A stretch of 64,000 nt of DNA from an uncultured Methylomirabilota bacterium (GTDB lineage Bacteria; Methylomirabilota; Methylomirabilia; Methylomirabilales; 2-02-FULL-66-22), in NCBI GenBank assembly GCA_963705305.1, contig OY970067.1:3648001-3712000 (forward strand). Direction: 5' to 3'. The notes beneath the pieces were generated by a model that searched no databases, was not told the DNA's origin, and saw nothing but the letters and a program-made list of their open reading frames with translations. The position numbers and the translations under genes are program-made. This document shows, piece after piece, positions 56,858-64,000 of the stretch; position 1 is the first letter of the stretch, and each line of letters begins with the position of its first letter.

Positions 56858-58692
56858 GCCCGCTTCCTCTCTTGAGCTGCGAAAATGTCCGCAAGACCTT
56901 CGGCAGCCAGCCGTTGTTCGACGGTCTATCCCTGGCCCTTTTGGAGGGGGATCGTGTGGGCCTGGTCGGCCCCAACGGCTCCGGCAAGACGACCCTACTC
57001 AGGATCCTGGCCGGACTCGAGACGCCGGATGCCGGAGCACGGTCGCAGCGGAGGCTGCTCCGCCTGGGCTATGTGCCGCAGGATCCGATCTTTCCCGAGG
57101 ACCGCTCGGTCGAGGCAATCCTCCGCGAGGCGCTGGCGGCGGAGCGGCTGGAGGACTTCGAGGCCGCCGGTCGGATCGCAGTCACGCTGGGCCGGGCGGG
57201 GATCGCGGACCCTGCGCGGCGGGCGGGCGAGATGTCGGCCGGCTGGCGCAAGCGCTTGGCCATTGCCCGCGAGCTGGTGAAGGCGCCCGACGTCCTGCTC
57301 TTGGACGAGCCGACGAATCATCTGGATCTGGAGGGAGTGCTGTGGCTGGAGGCGCTCCTTCAGGCCAACGTCCCGGCCTACCTGGTGGTGAGCCATGACC
57401 GGTATTTCCTGGAGCACGTCGCCTCTCGCGTCCTGGAGTTGAACCGATGCTACCCGGGCGGGCTGTTCGAGGCGGAGGGGTCGTACAGCGCGTTCCTGCT
57501 GAGGCGGGAGGAGTTTTTGGAGCGCCAGGCGACCCAGCAGGAGACGCTTGCCAACAAGGTCCGCCGCGAGGTGGAATGGCTGCGCCGCGGCGCCAAGGCC
57601 CGCACCCGCAAGGCCTCGGCGCGCATCCGGGCGGCCGGACAGCTCATCCAGGAGCTGGCCGAGGTCCGGGATCGCATGGCCACGGCCGCCGTCGGGATCG
57701 ACCTGACCGCCTCCGATCGCAGATCCAAGAAGCTGCTGGTGGCGCAGGGGCTGGCGAAATCCCTTGGAGGCCGCCCCGTCCTGGACGGCGTCACCCTGAC
57801 GCTTCGGCCCGGGATGCGGCTGGGCCTCCTGGGGGCGAGCGGCAGCGGGAAGAGCACGCTCCTCGATCTGCTGGGCGGTCGCGTCCCCCCCGACGGCGGA
57901 ACCATCGAGTGCGCGGAGGGGTTGCGCGTCGTCCGGTTCGATCAGGAGCGCGATCAGCCAGACTCCGAGATGACGCTGCGGCGCGCCCTGGCGCCTGCGG
58001 GGGACACGGTGATGTTCCGGGATCGGCCGGTCCACGTGGCCTCCTGGGCCAAGCGCTTCCTCTTCCGGCCGGAGCAGCTCGAGCTCGCCGTCGGCCGGCT
58101 CTCGGGAGGAGAGCGGGCGCGCGTCCGCCTCGCCCGGCTCATGCTCCAGCCCGCCGATGTCCTGCTCTTGGACGAGCCCACCAACGATCTGGACATCCCG
58201 ACCCTGGAGGTTCTGGAGGAGAATCTGGCCGATTTTCCGGGCGCGCTGGTGCTGATCACGCGCGATCGCTTCCTCCTCGAGCGGGTCGCGACGCTGATTC
58301 TGGCGCTGGACGGGGCCGGCCGGGCGACCTTCTATGCGGACTACGCCCAGTGGGATGCATGGCGGGGGGAGGCCGAGGCGACGCGGCGGCCGGCGCCTCC
58401 GGATGCCTTGCGGCCGGCGGGCGGGGAGCGCCCGGCGCTGCCGGGCGGCCCGGACCCGAAGCGGCTGACGTACCTGGAGAAGCGCGAGTGGGAGGAGATG
58501 GAGGCGCGGATCCTGGAGGCCGAGACAGCGCAGCGGGAGGCGGAGGCGGCGCTGGAGGATCCGGCCGTGGCCTCCGATCCGGACATCCTGCAATCCCGCT
58601 TCCGGGTCTGCCAGTCGGCGCGCGCCGAGGTGGAGCGGCTGTACGCCCGCTGGGCCGAGCTGGAGGCCAAGCAGCGGGGCGAGGGCGGGTAA
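56854..58692 (+). CDS. ABC-F family ATPase (Uup-like)
   Basis: Two ABC domains, 'LLDEPTNHLD', linker 'EVEWLRRGAKAR', C-terminal 'KRLTY.EKRE...LYARWAELE'. Confidence 0.92.
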   Translation: MSPLPLLSCENVRKTFGSQPLFDGLSLALLEGDRVGLVGPNGSGKTTLLRILAGLETPDAGARSQRRLLRLGYVPQDPIFPEDRSVEAILREALAAERLEDFEAAGRIAVTLGRAGIADPARRAGEMSAGWRKRLAIARELVKAPDVLLLDEPTNHLDLEGVLWLEALLQANVPAYLVVSHDRYFLEHVASRVLELNRCYPGGLFEAEGSYSAFLLRREEFLERQATQQETLANKVRREVEWLRRGAKARTRKASARIRAAGQLIQELAEVRDRMATAAVGIDLTASDRRSKKLLVAQGLAKSLGGRPVLDGVTLTLRPGMRLGLLGASGSGKSTLLDLLGGRVPPDGGTIECAEGLRVVRFDQERDQPDSEMTLRRALAPAGDTVMFRDRPVHVASWAKRFLFRPEQLELAVGRLSGGERARVRLARLMLQPADVLLLDEPTNDLDIPTLEVLEENLADFPGALVLITRDRFLLERVATLILALDGAGRATFYADYAQWDAWRGEAEATRRPAPPDALRPAGGERPALPGGPDPKRLTYLEKREWEEMEARILEAETAQREAEAALEDPAVASDPDILQSRFRVCQSARAEVERLYARWAELEAKQRGEGG

Positions 58693-58794
58693 GCCGCCCC
58701 GAGGCGCTTGGGAAACGCCTCCAGATGCCTTAGAATAAGACCGGAGACAACGCCCCGGGGTTCGCGAATCGGCGGGAGGGGAGGAGGGCGAGCC

Positions 58795-59466
58795 ATGGCG
58801 CATCGGGCACGACAGCTTTTGGACGAAGCGCGAAAGGCGATCGCGGCCACCGAAAAGCGGATTCGCCGCCACCCCTACGTGGCGGCGCTGGAGGCCCGCC
58901 AGGTGGCGAAAGAGAGGCTGGCGCTGTTCGCCGGCCAGCAGTGTCACATCATCGAGAGCGACCTGCGGAGCGTGGCCCTGATGGTGTGCCGGGCGGAGTC
59001 GCAGGGCGCGCGGGACTTTCTCGCCGGGATGCTTCAGGGGGAGCGCGCCGCCCTGGAGGCGCTGGAGCCTTTCGGCCAGGCCCTGGGCCTGCTGCCGGAA
59101 GAGCTGTATTCGGCCGAGCCGCTCGCGGGGGCGTTTGCCTACAGCGCGTATGTCACCTGGCTCGCCACCTACGGGACGGACGGGGAGTTCGTGGGGGCTT
59201 TTCTGGTCAACCTGGAGGCCTGGGGCGAGAACTGCGGCCGGATCAGTCGCGCGCTCCGATCGAGCTACGGCCTGGCCGCTCAAGACGTGGCCTTCTTCGA
59301 TCTGTTTGCCGGCGCGCCGCCCGGATTCGAGGAGCAGGGCCTGGCGGTGGTGGAGGAAGCCCTGGCGCACGGAGCGGATCCCGGGCGCATCCGGCGCGCC
59401 GCCCGTCTGCTGCAAGGTTTTGAATTGCTTTACTGGGACACCATGTGGGAGGTTTCCAAAGGCTGA
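58795..59466 (+). CDS. TenA/PqqC heme-oxygenase-like superfamily protein
   Basis: 'HPYV', all-helical pattern, 'AYSAYV', terminal 'ELLYWD'. Confidence 0.75.
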   Translation: MAHRARQLLDEARKAIAATEKRIRRHPYVAALEARQVAKERLALFAGQQCHIIESDLRSVALMVCRAESQGARDFLAGMLQGERAALEALEPFGQALGLLPEELYSAEPLAGAFAYSAYVTWLATYGTDGEFVGAFLVNLEAWGENCGRISRALRSSYGLAAQDVAFFDLFAGAPPGFEEQGLAVVEEALAHGADPGRIRRAARLLQGFELLYWDTMWEVSKG

Positions 59467-59556
59467 CCGCGGCGGGACGCGCCGGCGCGGAGCGGGTCGC
59501 AGAGGAGCGCCGGTCGTCCGGGGCGGGGGTGCTCGAGCGAGGAAGGAGGAGGTGCG

Positions 59557-60537
59557 GTGGAACGACGCACGTTGGGCAGGCGAGGGCCGGTCGTATCGGC
59601 TCTCGGCCTAGGCTGTATGGGGATGTCGGAGTTCTACGGTCCGACGGATGAAACGGAGTCCGTCGCCACGATTCACCGGGCGCTGGAGCTGGGGATCAAT
59701 TTCCTGGACACCGCCGACGCCTACGGACCGCATACCAACGAGGTCCTGGTGGGGAAGGCGATCAAGGGGAGGCGGGATCAGGTGGTGCTGGCCACCAAGT
59801 TCGGCAACCAGCGCCTGGCGGACGGAACCTTCGGCCCGGTGAACGGGCGACCCGAGTACGTTCGATCGGCGTGCGAGGCCTCGCTGAAGCGGCTGGGGGT
59901 GGGCACGATCGACCTGTACTACCAGCACCGGGTGGACACGACCGTGCCCATCGAGGACACGGTGGGCGCGATGGCGGAGCTCGTCCGACAGGGCAAGGTG
60001 CGCCTCCTCGGCCTGTCGGAGGCGGCGCCGGCCACGATCCGGCGGGCCCACGCCGTGCATCCCATCACGGCGCTGCAGACCGAGTATTCCCTGTGGAGCC
60101 GGGACCCCGAGGATGAGATCCTGGCCACGGTGCGGGAGCTGGGGATTGGGTTCGTGGCCTACAGCCCGCTGGGGCGCGGCTTCCTGACCGGCCGGTTCCG
60201 CCGCTTCGAGGATCTGCCCGAGGGCGACTGGCGCCGAAACTCCCCGCGCTTCAAGGGGGAAAACTTCGGCAAGAACCTGGGGCTGGTGGAGCGGGTGCAA
60301 GCCCTGGCGAAAGAGAAGCGGGTCACGCCCGCCCAGCTGGCCCTGGCCTGGGTGCTGGCGCGGAGCGAGGACATCGTTCCGATTCCAGGGACCAAACGCC
60401 GGGCCTATCTCGAAGACAACGTCGGGGCCCTCCAGGTTCGGCTGACTCCCCAGGATCTCGCCCGCCTCGAGGAGGCGGCCCCCAAGGGGGCGGCGGCCGG
60501 CGACCGCTACCCGAACATGAGCCTGGTGAACCGGTAA
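59557..60537 (+). CDS. aldo/keto reductase
   Basis: 'LGLGCMGMS', 'DTADAYG', 'LATKFG', 'DLYYQHR', 'YSPLGRGFL', 'PIPGTK'. Confidence 0.95.
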   Translation: MERRTLGRRGPVVSALGLGCMGMSEFYGPTDETESVATIHRALELGINFLDTADAYGPHTNEVLVGKAIKGRRDQVVLATKFGNQRLADGTFGPVNGRPEYVRSACEASLKRLGVGTIDLYYQHRVDTTVPIEDTVGAMAELVRQGKVRLLGLSEAAPATIRRAHAVHPITALQTEYSLWSRDPEDEILATVRELGIGFVAYSPLGRGFLTGRFRRFEDLPEGDWRRNSPRFKGENFGKNLGLVERVQALAKEKRVTPAQLALAWVLARSEDIVPIPGTKRRAYLEDNVGALQVRLTPQDLARLEEAAPKGAAAGDRYPNMSLVNR

Positions 60538-60582
60538 CCCGCATGATTCGCACGCTGGTTGGCGAATAAGGAAAGGTTGAAC

Positions 60583-61239
60583 ATGACCGAGTATCAAGGG
60601 CCCACCTGCGCCCTCTGCGGCGTGAAGGCCTGCAGCAGCGAGCCGGGGACGAAGCCGGTCCCCCCGTTCTGCCCGATGCCTGTGGAGGGCGAGTTGCTGG
60701 CGGAGATCGCGCGGGCGTATGTGTGCGACGAGGATCTCCGGCGGATGGCGCTGGAATCGGCCCGCACGGAGGCGGAGGGCTACTGCCGCCAGACCCGCGT
60801 GGAGGAGATCATGGACTTCGCCCGGCGGATCGGCGCCGAGCGTCTCGGCATCGCCCACTGCGCGGGCCTGATGCAGGAAGCCAAGGCGGCGCGGGACATC
60901 TTCGTCGCCGGGGGGTTCACCGTTCATACGGTCTGCTGCAAGACCGGCTCCATCGCCAAAGAGACCATCGGCCTGCGGGACGAGGAGAAGGTCCGGCCGG
61001 GGCAGTTCGAGGCGCTCTGCAACCCGGTGGCGCAGGCCGCCCTGCTGCACAAGGCGGGCACCCAGCTCAACGTCGTGATCGGGCTCTGCGTCGGGCACGA
61101 CAGCCTCTTCTTCATGCACTCGAAGGCCCCCGCCACCGTTCTGGTGGCCAAAGACCGGGTGCTCGGACACAACCCCGTGGCGGCCCTGTACACCGCCCAC
61201 TCCTACTATCGGCGACTGACCGAGCGGAAGACCGGCTGA
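60583..61239 (+). CDS. DUF1847-like Cys-rich putative metal-binding protein
   Basis: 'CALC', 'TRVEEI', 'CCKTG', 'CNPVAQA', 'GLCVGHDSLF', 'KDRVLGHNP'. Confidence 0.88.
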   Translation: MTEYQGPTCALCGVKACSSEPGTKPVPPFCPMPVEGELLAEIARAYVCDEDLRRMALESARTEAEGYCRQTRVEEIMDFARRIGAERLGIAHCAGLMQEAKAARDIFVAGGFTVHTVCCKTGSIAKETIGLRDEEKVRPGQFEALCNPVAQAALLHKAGTQLNVVIGLCVGHDSLFFMHSKAPATVLVAKDRVLGHNPVAALYTAHSYYRRLTERKTG

Positions 61240-61267
61240 GACGGCAGGAGGAAAGGAGCGATCGCCC

Positions 61268-61771
61268 GTGGACCGTCAGGACATCTTCACGCTGTACCAG
61301 TACAACGCGTGGGCCAACGCCCGGGCCCTGGGAAGCGCCGAGCCGCTCACGCCGGCGCAATTCCTTCAGGATCTCAAGAACAGCTTCCCTTCGGTCCGGG
61401 ACACCTTGGCCCACATCCTCGGGGCGGAGTGGGTCTGGCTGCGGCGCTGGCACGGAGAGTCGCCGGTGAAGCTGCTGTCGGGGGCGGATTTCCCCACCCT
61501 GGCCAGCCTGAAGGAGCGGTTCGCTGCCGTCGAGCGGGAGCGCCAGGCCTTCCTGGAGGCCCTGCCGGACGGGCGACTGGCCCAGCCCTTCGAGTACCGG
61601 GACCTGGCCGGCAATCCGTATCGCCTGCGGCTGGTGGAGAGTCTCCAGCACGTGGTGAACCACGGGACCTACCACCGTGGGCAGATCACGACGATGCTGC
61701 GACAGCTTGGCGCAACGCCGGTGAGCACCGACCTGAGCCGTTTCTACCTGGAGCGTGCGACGGGGAAGTGA
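61268..61771 (+). CDS. DinB family protein
   Basis: 'YNAWAN', 'SVRDTLAHI..AE..W', 'HVVNHGTYHRGQ'. Confidence 0.92.
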   Translation: MDRQDIFTLYQYNAWANARALGSAEPLTPAQFLQDLKNSFPSVRDTLAHILGAEWVWLRRWHGESPVKLLSGADFPTLASLKERFAAVERERQAFLEALPDGRLAQPFEYRDLAGNPYRLRLVESLQHVVNHGTYHRGQITTMLRQLGATPVSTDLSRFYLERATGK

Positions 61772-61862
61772 GGCGGCCGGGGGTGCGATGTCCGGGCTCT
61801 GGGCGGGTTCCGTCGAGCCATGGAGATTCTAAGATCGCGACACCGGAGCGGAGGGGCGAGTC

Positions 61863-62630
61863 ATGGCCACTGACCGGAAGGCCAAGCGAAAGGCAACAAA
61901 GTCTCCGAAGGTCGTGCGAGCCCAGCGATTCGAACTGGTGGATGCCAAGGGAGCGGTGTGCGCGCAGATGGCCGCCCGACCCGACGGCGAGCCGGGGATG
62001 GCCTTCCTGGATCCAGAGGGACGGGGCCGTGTCCTGATGGGGATGCAGGCGGACGGGACGGTGACGCTGGTGCTGTGCGACAGGCAGGGGAGGCATCGGG
62101 CCACCGTGGGTGTCAGGGCCGGCGGCGGGACAGGCGTGAACCTCATGGACGCGAAGGGAAAGGGGCATCTGCTGCTCTCGGTGACGGCGGAGGGAGAATC
62201 CGGCATCGGCCTGGGGGACCGTGAGGGGAAGGGCCGCGCGCTGGTGGGAGTAAGCCCGGACGGGTCGGTGGGGGTCTCCTTCTTCGATCCGGGAGGGAGG
62301 CGGCGCGCTCGTCTCGGAACCCGAGGCGATGGAATCGCCGTCCTCACCCTGGAAGACCAGGATGGGAAGAGCCGCATGCATCTGACCGTAGGCCCCGAGG
62401 GTCAGCCGTCGCTGAGCTTTGGCGACAGAGACGGGGCGGGACGGATCCTTCTGGGAGTGAAGGCGGATGAATCGGCGGGCGTGGCCTTCTACGATAAGGA
62501 CGGAAATCTGCGGGCGGTCTTGGGCCTCACGGCGGTGCCGGAAGGTCCCGCCGGGCCGGCTTCGGAGCCTCCGGCGGCGGCCATGGCCCTCTTCGACAAA
62601 GAGGGGAAGCTCCTCTTTCAAGTGCCCTGA
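61863..62630 (+). CDS. hypothetical protein with 23-aa beta-repeat array
   Basis: About nine repeats of the pattern hydrophobic-D-x-x-G-x-x-R-hydrophobic-G-x-x-x-DG, with a Lys-rich N-terminus. Confidence 0.85.
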   Translation: MATDRKAKRKATKSPKVVRAQRFELVDAKGAVCAQMAARPDGEPGMAFLDPEGRGRVLMGMQADGTVTLVLCDRQGRHRATVGVRAGGGTGVNLMDAKGKGHLLLSVTAEGESGIGLGDREGKGRALVGVSPDGSVGVSFFDPGGRRRARLGTRGDGIAVLTLEDQDGKSRMHLTVGPEGQPSLSFGDRDGAGRILLGVKADESAGVAFYDKDGNLRAVLGLTAVPEGPAGPASEPPAAAMALFDKEGKLLFQVP

Positions 62631-62756
62631 GCCCGGCGGTCCGTGTCGGGGACGGGCCAGCTCGCCGCCATCTCCGGTTGGGGGTTGTTCACGTTGATCC
62701 CGACGGCCGCGCGCGCCGGATGTGGCGGAAGAATCTCAACCGAAAGGAGAACTCGC

Positions 62757-62984
62757 GTGCCGGATTTCGAGATACCGCTGGTGGAAGCGGCCAAGCGCTA
62801 TCTGAAGGAGCAATATGGGGAGGACACGGTCTCCATGACCATGACCAGCAATAGTGTGGTCGATGGCAGCGGTGTGCTGGGGGTGGACTGCACGGTGAGC
62901 ATCGGAGGCGCCACCTCGGACTGGAGCAAGAAGTTTACCTTCAAGAGCGGGCGCGTGGCGACCATGTCGGCCCGCCTGCGCTAG
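62757..62984 (+). CDS. hypothetical protein (75 aa)
   Basis: AAAGGAG RBS before GTG; 'AAKRYLKEQYGEDTV...DCTV...SDWSK.F.F'. Confidence 0.65.
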   Translation: MPDFEIPLVEAAKRYLKEQYGEDTVSMTMTSNSVVDGSGVLGVDCTVSIGGATSDWSKKFTFKSGRVATMSARLR

Positions 62985-63018
62985 CCGGCGCGGACACGGC
63001 GGGGCCGGGGGGGACGAG

Positions 63019-64000
63019 GTGAGTCGAGCACGGGCGCGCGAGGTCGGGCTCCGGGTGGGGCATCTGCCCACCGGCCCGCAGAATGCCCTCACGGATGTGG
63101 CCGGAGTCCGGGTGGGTCACGCCACCCTGATCGCCGGCAGCGGCCGCCTGCGTCCGGGTCAGGGGCCGGTGCGGACCGGAGTGACGGTCGTTCTCCCCCA
63201 CGGGGACAATCTGTTCCGCCAGAAAGTGCGGGCCGCCGTCCACACCATCAACGGATTCGGCAAAGTATGCGGCTTCGAGGAGGTGCGCGAGCTGGGGGTC
63301 ATCGAGGCTCCCGTCGCCCTCACCAACACTTTGAACGTCGGCCTGGTGGCGGACGCGCTGGTGCAGTACGCGATCCGCCAGAGCCCGGAGATCGGCATCC
63401 ACACCAGCAACGTGAATGTGGTGGTGGGCGAGTGCAATGACGGGCACCTGAGCGATATCCAGGGGAGGCATGTCCGAGCGGAGCACGTCTGGAGCGCGAT
63501 CGAGGCGGCAAACGCCGGTCCGGTCGTGGAAGGGGCGGTCGGCGCAGGCACGGGCACGAGCTGTTTCGGTTGGAAGGGCGGCATCGGAACCGCCAGCCGC
63601 GAGATTCCGGCCGAGGCGGGGGGCTTCCGGCTGGGCGCCTTGGTCCAGTCGAACTTCGGCCGAGGGCCCGATCTCGTGGTGGCTGGCCTCCCGGTGGGCC
63701 GGCTGCTTCGTGCGTCCGACCTGGAGGAGCCGTCCCCGGCCGAGCGGGGGTCCGTCATGATCGTGCTGGCCACGGACGCGCCGCTCAGCTCGCGGCAGCT
63801 GCGGCGGCTGAGCGTCCGGGCGACAGCCGGTCTGGCCCGAACGGGGAGCTTGCTCGGCCCCGGCAGCGGAGACTTCGTCATCGCATTCAGCACGGCCGGC
63901 CGCGTCGCGCACACGCCCGATGCGCCCATCGCGATGCAGCCCGTCCTGGTGGACGAGCCGAGAGTGATGGGTTGGCTCTTTCCGGCGGTGGTCGAGAGCG
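63019..64000 (+). CDS. dmpA: P1/S58 family aminopeptidase (DmpA-like), 3' partial
   Basis: Manual translation: 'RAREVG...G..NALTDVAGVRVGH', 'RTGVT', 'NGFGK', 'VVGECND', 'EGAVGAGTG', 'G|SVMIVLATDAPL', 'SGDF.IAFST'. No stop within the window. Confidence 0.9.
   Translation, partial: MSRARAREVGLRVGHLPTGPQNALTDVAGVRVGHATLIAGSGRLRPGQGPVRTGVTVVLPHGDNLFRQKVRAAVHTINGFGKVCGFEEVRELGVIEAPVALTNTLNVGLVADALVQYAIRQSPEIGIHTSNVNVVVGECNDGHLSDIQGRHVRAEHVWSAIEAANAGPVVEGAVGAGTGTSCFGWKGGIGTASREIPAEAGGFRLGALVQSNFGRGPDLVVAGLPVGRLLRASDLEEPSPAERGSVMIVLATDAPLSSRQLRRLSVRATAGLARTGSLLGPGSGDFVIAFSTAGRVAHTPDAPIAMQPVLVDEPRVMGWLFPAVVES

Noticed and set aside
56995..61200. Long minus-strand ORFs (56995..59415, 59608..61200)
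   Set aside because: Antisense to well-supported plus-strand genes.

Overview
High-GC bacterial chromosomal window, mostly core metabolism. Its gene and repeat style suggests Methylomirabilota/NC10 or a similar lineage (inference only). In order: partial FecR/DUF6600-like gene, rtcB and a Rieske ferredoxin; a minus-strand type II secretion/type IV filament-like operon (gspF-gspE-pilMNO-like-secretin-three pseudopilins) divergent from ctaA-ctaB; a Liv-type ABC importer operon ending in a LarA-family gene; a decayed accessory patch (chimeric pseudogene, mazE plus truncated mazF); nadQ-nadA-nadC with an apparent in-frame nadB deletion scar and a NadQ-like operator; a second, probably leaderless, toxin-antitoxin-like pair; a 12-kb alternative complex III + SCO + A2-type caa3 oxidase operon; an ABC exporter; class II ribonucleotide reductase with tandem NrdR boxes; dcd; a GAPOR-like aldehyde:ferredoxin oxidoreductase; and a run of housekeeping enzymes ending in a partial DmpA peptidase. 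Non-coding structure is rich: four copies of a MITE with 4-bp target duplications and variable nested hairpins, dispersed 7/8/9-mer repeat elements (one pair forms a perfect 19-bp inverted repeat around gspE), a G-rich octamer array and an AT-rich islet. No rRNA, tRNA, CRISPR array, transposase or integrase was seen. Several single-base anomalies at conserved residues suggest consensus errors, so the apparent ActE-ActF fusion needs caution. All family calls come from motif recognition by eye, not database searches.
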